This document shows, piece after piece, positions 23,001 to 35,806 of a DNA stretch of 64,000 nucleotides; positions within the stretch are counted from its first letter, which is position 1, and each line of letters starts with the position of its first letter. The stretch covers positions 44,950,001 through 45,014,000 of the forward strand of contig CAIIXF020000001.1 in the NCBI GenBank assembly GCA_903813345.2, read 5' to 3'. The position numbers were made by a program, and so were the translations under genes. Below the pieces are notes generated by a model that was not told the DNA's origin, made no database searches, and was given only the letters and a program-made list of their open reading frames with translations. The stretch comes from Owenia fusiformis. Its lineage: Eukaryota.

Positions 23001-24705
23001 CGTCCTTAAATTGTGTCGGTAAAGTCTTGTCTACTCATTTTTAGGATAACCATTTGAAGGGATCACCCATAGGTGGGGACATTTTGTACACATTTGTGTT
23101 CTTGTAATGGATCTCATATCTTAGAAGCGTTTCGGTCCAAAAAATACTATAATACCTAACATATTTTGCCATGTACAGTGCCTATTCATTAAGCAATTTA
23201 TATAATTATTGGTAAACTTTCTCTTGAAAAATAAATCTTCAAGATTTGTTGGATTTGCTTGCAGAGATCGCCTACTCCTCCCCTCCGTTCATCTTGTCCG
23301 ATCACCGGGCATGATAATAGCCTAATAAATAATATACATTCCCTTTGGTCTTTTTGCCAAGGCTGCACTTCTTATTTTAAAAACGTTGCTTTCACCGTGG
23401 GATAAAATCAAGTTTAGTACATGTACTTCCAACCTAGACATGTTTTCTCGTGTAGCTAGATACTATACGAATGACAATAGGAGACGTTACAATACTGATC
23501 AACAATGCAGCTGTAGCTTACCATACATCCTTCTTCGATAGCAGCTGTGATGAGTTGACCCGATCATTTCAAATCAATACCCTAGCATTTTACAAGGTGA
23601 ATTTTTGCTAAAGTCTCAATTTATAAGATTTAGATAAACAATTTAAGATATTTAGTATTTGAAATGATCCGTTAGATGTATTTTTAGTATACAGAAAGTT
23701 AGTAGAAAATGTCCTATCAGAGAAAAAACTACACATTACAATGTTTCGATAGAAAATGATTGTATAAGGCTATTTTTGCGTATTTCACGGTTATCGATAC
23801 TTGTTACAGATACTAAGATCTCTAATACCATCCATGGTAAAACTGGAACGTGGTCATATAGTAAACGTGAACTCTGTATTGGGAGTTCTTCCACTTAACG
23901 GCGCACCTTTCTATTGCTCGACCAAGGCTGCAAATCTCGGGCTGGTTGAGAGTATCAAAGATGAGCTACGCTCAGACGGTTGTGATTATATACATTTTAC
24001 GAACATCTTGCCCTACCAGATAGACAATACAATGTTCAGTGGTGTTAAAACAAGGTATGGGGAAATGTGTTTTACATCAAACAAGCAATAAAATACATAG
24101 TAATACATCCAACTTATAATAGAGAAAGTTACCTTTGATATTTAGGTATCATCTCGTCATTCTTATTTCAACTTTCCTTTTTAGGTTTCCGTCCATTTTT
24201 CCTCCATTGAAAGAGGTCGCTGTTGCCAAGGAAATTGTTGAAGCCATCCTGACGAACAGAGAAAATCTCGTACTTCCAAGATACATGGCTTTTCTTTTCT
24301 TCTGCAAGAGGTATCACTATACGTACTTTTCATAACTCATAATTGCTCCATTTTAGAATTAGGTAGGCCTAGCCTGCTGGAAATGAAAAATATCATAAAA
24401 AACATCACATATCAATATTTAAATGAGAAAAGTTTGTTTATACGAGAGTACACGATACGGATTCATTCATCAAATCACATGTAGAAACTTGGTTGTGCAC
24501 AACTTCGTACATCTTTCTCTTTACTTTTTTCCTTACCCTCGTATGACTTCGTCCCCTACTGATTTGCACACATATTTGCAAATTACACAACGGTTATAAT
24601 TGTTTCGAATTATTCAATTTCAGTGTGTTGCCGGTTGGTGTAATGTATGCTTTAAATGCATTTATTGGTGTGGACCAATGCATGATGGGATTCCACGTAA
24701 AATAA
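20087..24705 (+). CDS. Short-chain dehydrogenase/reductase, SDR16C-like (RDH10/SDR16C5/DHRS3 group), 6 exons, 281 aa
   Basis: Exons 20087-20212, 20739-20864, 23456-23596, 23810-24054, 24185-24310, 24624-24705. Motifs TGGGSGLG, CDL, GDVTILINNA, GHIVNVNS, YCSTK, TMFSGVKTRFP. Confidence 0.9.
21001..23313. mobile_element. Long-TIR foldback element (CMC/EnSpm-like), split by a nested insertion
   Basis: AT|CACGCCCGGTGATCG ... CGATCACCGGGCATG|AT. The left arm 21001-~21420 pairs with 21573-21800 plus 23106-23313. Confidence 0.75.
21796..23105 (+). mobile_element. Helentron-associated (HINE/DINE-1-like) element with internal tandem repeats
   Basis: Starts in a T-run; subterminal IR ATGTCCCCACC (21802) / GGTGGGGACAT (23072); 5' hairpin; GTCY microsatellite (~21847-21899); 140-163-bp tandem units (gccattttggatttt at ~22374, 22537, 22699, 22845); 3' hairpin followed by CTTGT. 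Confidence 0.8.
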
Positions 24706-25185
24706 TTTTTAAAGATATTACGCAAATAAAGCTCTGTGACGAAGATCCTGGTAACATGTGCTATTGGATGTTACTTTGATTTTGCGGTGTTATATATGAA
24801 CGGACTAACTATATAGCTATGCTTTAATTAATTAAACCTCGTTTACATAGAAGTTAGTTAAGCTATGGACAAAAAAAGTACAAGAGTATACTAACCATGT
24901 TTAAATTCAAGTTAATAGTTATGATATCAGATGGCTTCACTTGACCATTTTTTAGTTTTAGGTAAAATGCTTAGATGAGTTGATCGTGCTTTTTACAAGT
25001 ACGTGCTTGGGGAATGAGAAATCTGGTACTATATTTTCTTGGCACAATGGTCACTCTAGCCTGTTCAAATCAAACATTTTCTGCCAATGCATTACCGACA
25101 GATTACCGGGTTAATTTCAAAAACGACCGACTGCTCAATGACAAATCAAAATCGAGTATATAAGGTTAACTAACATTTACATTGT

Positions 25186-26272
25186 ATTATCCCACCGAAC
25201 GAAGTTCGAGGGGGATTTAGAAAAGCCGTCCGTTCGTTCGTTCGTTTGTTTGTCCGTCTATCAAGGGCAATAACTCAAATAGCGTTTAACAGATTTGATT
25301 CAAATTTTATAGATTTATGACTTATGGCTCTGTCGAGGAATTTTCAATATGGCCGCTCAATTCAAAATGGCCGCAATTTGTCGTGAAAATCTAATCTTTC
25401 AAAACTCAAATACTATTCGAAAGATTTGATTCAAATTTTTATGCTGATGCCTAGGGACAAAGGAGCTTTGCTCAAGAAGAGATGTTCAAGATGGCTGCAT
25501 GTTAAATTATCACAATGACCGCCATTTTGTCGTTAAAATCTAATCTTTGAGAACTCAAATACCACTGGACAAATTTTGTTCAAATATTATACAGACGTTA
25601 TAGGCTGATGCCTAGGGACACAGGAACTTTGCTCGAGAAGAGATTTTCAAGATGGCAGCTGAATATCAAAATGGCTGCTATTTTTAGTGAGATAACAATT
25701 TCATATGCTGATGCCTAGCGACAAATGAGCTCTGATCAAGAAGACATTTTTAACATGGCTACTATTGTCGCCATTGTTAGTAAAAACGAAATCTTTGATA
25801 TTTCAAATATAAGTGCACTGATTCGGTTAAAATCTTATAAGCTGATACCTAGGGACAAAGGAGCTCTACCTGAGAAGAGATTGTCATTTTTCGTAAAAAT
25901 CCGTTATATATCTTTGATAATTTAAGATGGCCACTATTAATCAAAATGTGCGCCATTCGTCAATAAAAATACCAATGGACTTATTTGGTTCAAATTTTAT
26001 ATGCTGATGCCAAGGTCAAAGTCCTGAGCTCTGCTAAGAAGGAATTTTCAGAATGGTAGCAGAATTTCAAAAAGGCCACCATATTTCGTGAAAACATAAT
26101 TTTTGTAAACTAAAACACCTGTGGACAAATTGGTTGAAATTTTATATTTTGATACGTAGGGACAATACAAAGGATTTCTGTTCAAGAAGAAATTTTCAAG
26201 ATTGCTATTATTTATCAAAACATGTTTTGTTCAGTAGCGTTTGCAACTCCGTGGAGTTGCTGTTTTCTAGTT
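25186..26272 (+). mobile_element. HINE-like element
   Basis: 5' hairpin (cgaacgaagttcg), GTTY/GTCC microsatellite, diverged tandem units with gctgatgcctagggacaaagga, 3' hairpin GCAACTCCGTGGAGTTGC, then CTAGTTT. Confidence 0.7.
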
Positions 26273-28711
26273 TCTACCTAGTCCATCTACCTTGAAGCAT
26301 GTGATCATGTCAGTGAAATCAAAGATATTCCTGTTTTATACTATTGTACTTCATATATTTACGTATGATATGGCCTTGGAGTACGTTTAACGATTATCAT
26401 TCATTTCCTAAGAGTTGTGTTTAGATTACAAAATGGAGATCGCAGGAGAGGGATGTAAAGTGACATCCTCCGCACGAAGAAGTTGCGGAGGATTGATGTA
26501 CAGGGGTTTCCATAAAACTGTATATACCTAACTTCAAAAGTAGCAGTAAAGAGCTTAGTTTGTCATCCATCGTATGATACCTAAAAGGTAGTAAAATCGG
26601 CACTGTGCCAAGCTTTCATAATGGTCATGATTGCTCAGTCCTCCATGATCTAGGTACCATTTGACCTAGTTCAGGACAAACTAGGCTTTTTACGGCTATA
26701 GCTACCTTTGTATGTCAGATGTATTGCGAACCCCCCCCCCCTGGCCCAAAACTCTTTCAAAATCATGCAGTTTTTCACCATTCTGAGCACTTCTCAAGTG
26801 ATGTTAGTCATATTTGGGCCAAAATTGTCAAATGGAAATTTTTGAAAACTGAACCCCCCCCTTGGCAAATCCTGACTACGGGCCTGAGGAGTTTAGTAAT
26901 CTGCCTTTGAAGTTGGCTATACTTTTTTCATGGACACCCTGTAGAGTGTATAAAGGATATAAGCATTTCTCCAAAGTAACAATAATACATTGGCTTTTCA
27001 TACTGAACTTCAGCGAGGCTTGTAACGCGATCTTAAAATCAAATAAAGCTCTGGTATCTATTTCAGGGCAAGACTTTAAACTTATATTGAATATAGTGTC
27101 AAAATACAAAAGACATATCGGTTTAACACACCTTGGAGGCCTAATGTGTTTGAGGGACCTGACAGTAGACAATTCAAAGCGAATTATCGCACTCTTGAAA
27201 AAACAAGAGGTCTATTAAAAATTGTGAGCTCAGTGTAATGTTAAAATATTAAATCCGGAAGGATTTCTGTAAATCATTTTTTACTGAGTGAAAATATGTA
27301 TATAAGCATATTGGATTGCAATTGATTTTGTTTAAATTTAATTTCTTAGGTGGTATATAAGCATCAAAATTTATGTGTAAGTATAGTATATTTAGATAAA
27401 GGCAATATTTTAAAAGTACTTGCAAAATGTGTCATATGACTAATCGTGCTATAGAAATGAAACTTCCATTACAGTAATTGTTTGGAAAATTATAAAACGT
27501 TTTATGTTCTCTAGAAAACCTTAAACGAAACGTTTTTAGGATATTAGTCCCATTATTGATAGAGCCATATATCAAGCTGTGTTTCTTAATGTGTCAAAAA
27601 ATTCAGTAAAACGATAATACAACACTGGTTATTTATGAGTCGCTTGACTCTTTGTGAAAACGAATCTGCCTCCCAAGAAGGGTTGTAATTAATAACATTG
27701 CAATAATGGCACAATAGTCTGTCATGTTCTTCTCGCCAATTCAGAATAATAAATCTGTGAAATATGCTCGTAATAAGGTCGATGTATTTTCTCAGAGTCC
27801 ACATCTGCTTTAAAACGTGACATTTCCCTCTTTATTCGTCCATGTTTGTTTGTTCTCTTGCCTTGCTATCTAATGGAATTAATACACTAGAGGAAGAAGT
27901 TATTAAGGGCTTCTGAATGGCCATAATTTGTGAGCTTCAATCAAATTAAAGTGTCCAATAAAGCAGGAATTATTAAAGGCTTCATATATGTAGATGGATG
28001 AGATATATTGGCAACTTCTATAAACCTATTAAGAGATATTGGTACTGTGAAGACAAAAGGTCTAGTTTTGTTTCTAGGGACTAACTGGTCAACATTCGAT
28101 TATTTGAATGAATGCCGGAGACCCATTTGCACCCGGGATACAGTCTTAAATTTACTTTACCATAATAGAACCAATATTATCAAAATTGTCTCTATTTGAT
28201 TTATCGGGTATCCCTGAATTATGATTTAAATTCGCTTCCTATCAAAGCTTACTTTATTAACCAGTGAATCAAAAATTATTTCGTATGGGTGATTAAGTTC
28301 AAACAGTATCAAAATATTATTTTATTTAAATCAGATTCAGGATCGATATATCTGGGATCCAGGATAGTCAAGTGAGCTCCAATCGGCTCTTATATGCCAC
28401 TCGCAATCGAGCAGGACGCGGCTTATCATTTGCAGATAAAGTTCGAATTCATGAAAGCAAACAACTAAAGGCATTATGACAAAAAGTTGTGGAAAATTTA
28501 AATGAATGACTAGAAGCAAGACAAAAACAAAAATAAAGTGGAATAATTTTAAATATACAGTAAGGTAAGCTATGCATATATAAATAAAATCGTTGTTTTA
28601 AATTAGGATATATTATAGGACGTTTGTAGTTCAAATAGGATGATGTTAATGGAATATAAGTGAATTGATTGACCAGCAGATGAAGCCATCAATTTTGTTT
28701 TAGGAGGTAAA

Positions 28712-31700
28712 ATGAAGATTGACCATTACACGTTCACTCTATTGCTTGTTGGCCTGTTACTCTATGGATTGGGACTGTCAGAATCTAAAGACAAAAACGG
28801 AGATGGGACTAAATCATTCAAGAAACATCGAGACAGAGCACAAAAAGACAAAGCACTTCGGGAAAAGGCATTCAGAGATAAACCCCAAAGGGACAAATCA
28901 CTAAAACAACCCAGAAATGCAGATCTAGAGGAGTTGGAGGAGAAAAATGATGGAACCTGCTCTCTGGAGGTTCGTTGTACTGACGCCGGAAGTTTACCCG
29001 CTTCGCTACCTATCAAAGGGCCCAAAGGACCACCTGGAAAACCGGGTGAAAGTGGGTCGCCAGGGATGAATGGCATACCCGGGCTTCCAGGAAAACCAGG
29101 TATGGATCTTTTTGATTACTTCTACTAAAACAAAATAAAATAATATGACTATTCCCATGGGAGTGATTGATACAATTGCTTTTTTGGTTTACTGACTTTC
29201 TGAGTTTACATTTGTAATAATGCAATGTCAGTGCTACTTTTCACAGCATTGCACAATAAAGCTTAGCATGTTTGTTTGATTAGTGATTATTTTAATGGTA
29301 AGTTCATGAGGATCATCCTGGATTATGACATGATGACAAAAAGATATGAGAGGTCAATCAAGTGCTACTTAATTTCTTATTGTATAAACACCACCCTCAA
29401 GAGCATTTACAATCATTCATATACCTGTACCCAAGACTAAGTAAATTCGACACAGGTGAATGCCGTTAATAATTAATCACGTCTTATTATTGTCAGTATA
29501 TAAATCAGAGATAATTAAGTCTGTTAGCCTCAATACCTAGATCGATGCATGTAATCGAAGAACATTGCCCAAGAGGGGTTGCTAGTTAAGATATCGAAAC
29601 TTTCAATCCATTTAAGCCTCTGTTCAAAGCTGATAAACGATCAAATTACGTCTTCACATCGAATGTTTCGATCGCAATAATCATCTTAATCAGATGGAAC
29701 GTGTTTCCAGGGGTCCATTTGAACCTCATCTTCCATTTCACGCTTCATTGGTTCAACTATCTAAATGTGGTGATGTATTGTCATGGAAGAAAGCAATTCC
29801 AAGATTGTGTTTACTGTAATTGGTATATAGGATCAATATTTGGCCTATCGCCATTGTCTCCAATTTACCACAATAAGCAAATAAATAAGCTTCATCTTGA
29901 TTTTTCGCCTTATCTTCATCTTGAATATAGATCAATGTGTGACATGAAACGTCTCAGAAAATGAGGTCTTCTTTAAAGTTCGAACCTTACAAGAAGCAAC
30001 TTCACTTCATTAAGCCAACCCTGAGAGGCTTTCACTTTCTACTTGTAACGCCCCGTTGCAAATGTGGCCCCACATAAGACGTGTCGCAAAAAGGTCGCGC
30101 ACGCATTGTTACACATTTTAGCTTTTTTAACACCACAGAATGTGACGTTTTTTGAGAAAAATGTACACATATGGAAATCCTTTCGTCCTCCACATTTGCC
30201 TCTATATCTCAAAATGTTTAAGTCGAATAACTCTGATATCGTACATGTATTAACAATGGGATAGGAGTATCATAAAACACGAATCAATTGATATTTTAGG
30301 TGAAATAAATATACGTGTTGCTGTGCTTGAAAATAGGCGAATGGCGTAAATTAGCCCTATTTTAATGAATTTTGAAAACCTTTCGTCCTCCACTTTTCCA
30401 CATACAACAGAAAACACATACTTTTGCGAACAAAATCAACTATTTATTAATAAAATAGAGTTTAGGAGCAAAATAATCATGTATGATTTATTAAAAATTG
30501 ATCTCGTATTTTTTGTTAAACGTACACCTGAAAAGCTGAAGGTAACAAAAAATGAGCAAAAAAGGTCGCTGTCAACAGATTCTATTTTTCAAACTCTATG
30601 ACGTCACAATATCACGGGATACTAGAGTATCCGCGTATATTGAGTATGACCGGTTCTAAGCTTACGAGTGTGACCGTATTTCTGTTCCTATAAACAGACG
30701 GGGTGAGTACTTGCTTTTTATGAACACTTTCGAACGTTTTCTTTTTATCCTACTTGGTCAATGAATGATACTTGGTATACTTATAATGCCAGGCATATCA
30801 CAAGGGGCCTTAATCAACAGAAAACGTATTAATATTAGATTGAAGCCGTAAAATCCTAGTTTCCAGCATCTTTGATCAGTTTTTGTGTAACACAACGCAA
30901 CCCCGAAGAGGATGACACATCTTATGTATAACATATAGCTAGATCTACGAATTAGTCATGAATATTTTAAATAATTTAGCCTGCTCTGTCCAAATATGAT
31001 ACATCTTTGATTTTTTGAGAATACGAATGTCACTGGTGCCCCATTATTGGAGAATACGGTTGTGAAATGTCTTGGATGCCGTGTTACACTCGTTTCCATG
31101 ACATTTCACAAGCGTATCCTCTGGGAAAAGATAAATCCTTCTCTTGCTCACTCTACGGGGGATCATATAAACTGAGATTTGGAAATCTTGTTCAGGTTAG
31201 CCATAAAAAGGTTTGGGATTTTTTTTTTCAACTGTGATATTAATGATTTGGCTCTAATGCGAGAAATCTGTACTTTCTGATTGATATTCCATTATGAACA
31301 GTTACATTGCTAAAATAGCTCATGTTTAACATTTTTTTGTTACATTACTATTAAATACAGCATAAACTATATTCAACAAACGCAATTTCAAAAAGGATAA
31401 TATAGAAGTTAACCTTTATTTTCCATTTTTAAGCAGCTGTGCCTCTCATGACTTTCCAAAACAGGTCATATTCGTAGCCTAAGAACCGGTCATACTCAAT
31501 ATACGCGGATACTCTAGTTACCCGTGAAAATGGGACGCTTACTAAAATTCATCCTTCGAAATAAAACGTCCACCTACCTTTATAAAGACGAAAAATAAGT
31601 ATAATAGTCATATATTGTTTGAGTTATGAGCGTTTAAAGACGAAAAATAATTCAAAATGTAACGTGTCAACAGGAGATACTTGCCAGATGTTTTGGTAAC

Positions 31701-33653
31701 TCTTTTTTTTAAAAGAACGCGCAAGAATCGTGAACGGAGTGTAGTTGATCTAAAAACTTCATCGAGACAGCTTTAAAATGATATATAACTTTAGAATATT
31801 ATCTTATAATCCGGAGAATCAAAGTTACATTCACGCGATACCCTTAAAAACAAATGCGCCACCTTTTTGCGACACGTCTAATGATTACAAAGTGCGATTT
31901 GAATAGATAAAGAACCTTCACTTTTTGATATATTTTAGTCTCATTGCATACATATGAAATATCTGATTATCGAGATAATCCAGAAGATATCATTAATCTT
32001 TGGGTTCTCTTGCGGCTGCGTTAATAATAACCATCTTTCACTCTGTAGAATGCTAATTGTGCTTTTGTTGATTTAAGAATAAACAGATATGAAAAATGAA
32101 CTTCCTAAATACAGCCTGCTAATTGTATTATGTATTCTTGATTATCTTTCTACTTGCAATTCTTCTAGGAGGTTGATCCTCAGGAAGTTTCGACTTCAAA
32201 ATATTCAGATTTGGCCACCATGAATAAACCATGTCACCCCTAGTCTAAAGGGTTACATAAAGCTTCCCGTTAAACAGTATAACTGCTCCAAAACTAGTCT
32301 ATTTGATCAGTCTACTTTTAAAGAAATTAGGGGAATTTTGTTCCCGTTTAATAATCTGAAGAAGTTTGCAATCTATAACATCGAGAGGCTGAATTATCCA
32401 AGGTATGCATTGAGCCAATGTAGATCCTTGTATTTATATGTTTTGTTTCAATAATATTGAAATCAAACCAATATCATCGCACTGTTGATAGGTAAGGTGA
32501 TATTGATTTGTCTATTCTATTTTTTCAAGATCCAAGATCGCTCCTTTTATACTAAACGGTGAGCAACACCAACAAGGGGTGTTCAATTTGTTAAACGTTA
32601 TGCGTTACCCTTTTAGTCAGGAGATTGTATTGTGTTACAAAGACAGATGATGTATTCCATAAAATTCATGATCGGTGGCTGGACGTGTATCTTTTGATAA
32701 CTTTTATGAATGTTTATTCATTGGTAGTTGGTGTTGCTGATGATACCGAGCATGAAATTTTTTAAATCGGGTTCGAATTTGTCATATATGTTTGTTCAAT
32801 GTTAATTTCCAAATAAATTGATTTTATCTGAATAGCTGATGATTGCAGTTTTTAATATCAATTTGGTTATGACAAGATATATGAAGTGTTCTTAAATAGA
32901 TCCAAGTGATCTATTTCGTGCATTTGAATAGTATTCAAATGTTCAAGCTGAAACTGACGTAATGCATCAAATAGCTTCAAAGTTTATCGATGACCATGTT
33001 TGCTCATTAAAAAAATTAGTACCGTGGGTACTGGGCTCACATGGTGTTGCTCAAAAGTGAAAATAAAAAAGACGGGTATAATTTTTTGCAGATTTTTTGT
33101 GACAAAATTATTTCATACAACTACTCTTTACAAAGACATGGCTTTTTACAATGCAGGACACCTGAACTTATTTGTAAAGCTAGGAAATGGGCCAAAATTG
33201 AATTTCCCGAGACAAAAATGGTGGCCATTTTGAAATTAGGCGAGATTTTGAAGCAGGAGTCACAGTTTTTTTTTCTTTATTGATGTTGAACAAAATTATT
33301 TTAAATCGGGAATCCTATCTACAGAGGATTTAAAAAGTGTTGACAGAGGTTTAAAACTTGCCACTTTTTTGGACTGACTGAGAGACAGATGGACGAATCA
33401 ATGTTAACTAAAATGGCTGAAAATAAAAAAACTGATATAATATTTTGCCAACTTTTTGTAACAAAATTATTTCATACAACTACTCTTTACAGTGACATGG
33501 CTTTTTACAATGCAGGACAGCTGAAATTATTTGTAAAGCTAGGAAATGGGCCAAAAGTGAATTTCGCGAGACAAGAATGGTGACCATTTTGAAAATAGGC
33601 GAGCTTTTGAACCAAGAGTCATAGGAGAGTTTTTAAAACGTGCCACTATTGTT

Positions 33654-33685
<32 letters not shown>

Positions 33686-35774
33686 GATGTTAAAGATGTT
33701 GATTTAAGAGCAAAAAAGGCTCCAAAACTTAATGAAATATGTAGTTTGGATGTTCATTTATGTCTGTGGATTATATTTTATATAACAAACACTTTATAAA
33801 TACCTGAAATTTGCAATAAAAGTGCCCAAAAATTGTTGTTTCGAAATTCCCCATTTTTCCTGTATCGCGCTAGTCACGTGACCATAACGCGTAGCAGTCA
33901 ATGTACAGATATTACAGTACTAATATAATATATGTTCAATATGGCAAACATCAGCGATTCTGATTCCCGGGTTCTGGGAAATGACTATATAAATCGGCGA
34001 GAGGGTGTAATTTGAATGAAGACAATTTAAGGAGGGGAAATGTGTGCAAGTATGGCAGTAAGAGAGCAGATATGGGGACTTTAAACAAGAACTATGACGG
34101 AGAATCAACTAAAAATGTGAGTTCTGGAATGAAGACCCGTTGCCATTGACTGAAGATTCCAGCGATCCTATTATCATACTCAGTTTGAATCTAGACGCGG
34201 AAAACAGATTATGAAAACAGGTTTTCTGCAAAGTTATCAAATTTAGAAGATATGGATCTTGTTTTTGAGTGGCTTAACAAGCATTTAGATACCAGACTTG
34301 GCGCTATCTCTTGTCAAATACATGCACTGGACTTGCACTGTAAATTGGCCATTGCAAATTGCAAAATCAGATCTTCAAATTAATCGCTTCGTTTTTAAAC
34401 CTACGCTTCATATCTTCTTCCAAAACTTTAGGATTCGATAGAGATAAGTTATAACTTGTACAGGAAAAAATGGCAGATCCTACCTTAATTTAGAATCGCT
34501 GATTTCTCTGGACAAATTCCGAGAAGAAATTGTTCAACATCGCGATCACCCCAGACAACATGTCGCGTGCGTGTCACTCTGAACTCACGTGATAAAATAC
34601 GGCATCTTGATTGGTTACTACTCGTGTTGTCATGACGTGAAAAGCAGTAGTAAACACTGAATATGTTAATGAACTGCCATATATGGAACAATTGTCTTTC
34701 TGATTGGTTAACTTTACACGCCTCCTAAATGAATATAGAAGTCGTAGTAAATGATTCATTGATAACTCTGAAAGTGGGCGTGACCAGCTTCATTTTGACA
34801 CCAAATTCAAGATGTTTCAAATCAAAATGGCCTCGCAAGACGAGGTTGAAATATCAGTAATTTGATACTGATATGGTCTACGATAGATCAAAATTGACTG
34901 CCCCGCGTCACATGTCACGTGAGCCTATATTTGTTGAAAAATGAAAGAGATAGTGACACTTTTTAATCTTAAGTTTATACCAATATTACAAACACATATC
35001 TATTTTTTTCATTATATATTTATTTCTTCATAATACATACATTTGTTTTATACTACATTGATTTATTTTTGCAAAACCTTTGCTATTAGATCTTTAACTA
35101 AAATGGCTGAAAATAAAAAAATGGATATAATTTTTTGCTGATTTTTCGTAACAAAATTATTTCATACATCTGCTCTTTACATTGACATGGATTTTTACAA
35201 TTTAGGACACTTGAAATTATTTGTAAAGCTAGGAAATAGGTCAAAAGTGAATTTCGCGAGACAAAAATGGCGGCCATTTTGAAAATAGGCGAGCTTTTAA
35301 GCCAGGAGTCATAGGGGAGTTTCTGTATTGATGTTGAACAGAAATAACTTAAAACAGGAATCCTATCGACAGAGGTTTTAAAACGTGCCAGTGTTGTTGA
35401 CGGAAAAGTGGATTTCACAAGTCAGATGGACAAATCAATGTTAACTAAAATGGCTGAAAATAAAAAAATAGATATAATTTTTCGCTGATTTTTTGTAACA
35501 AAATTATTTCATATATCTACTCTTTACATTGACACAGATCTTTACAATGTAGGACACCTGAAATTTATTTTAAAGCTAGGAAATGGGTCAAAAGTGAATT
35601 TCGCGAGACAAAAATGGCGGCCATTTTGAAAATAGGCGAGCTTTTGAACCAGGAGTCATAGGGGAGTTTTCTGTATTGATGTTGAACAGAAATAACTTAA
35701 AACAGGAATCCTATCGACAGAGGTTTTAAAACGTGCCACTATTGTTGACGGACGGACGGACAGACAGACAGACG

Positions 35775-35806
<32 letters not shown>

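Noticed and set aside
26862..27218. 118-aa ORF
   Set aside because: Starts in a repeat end at a non-ATG codon, with no motif or splice support.
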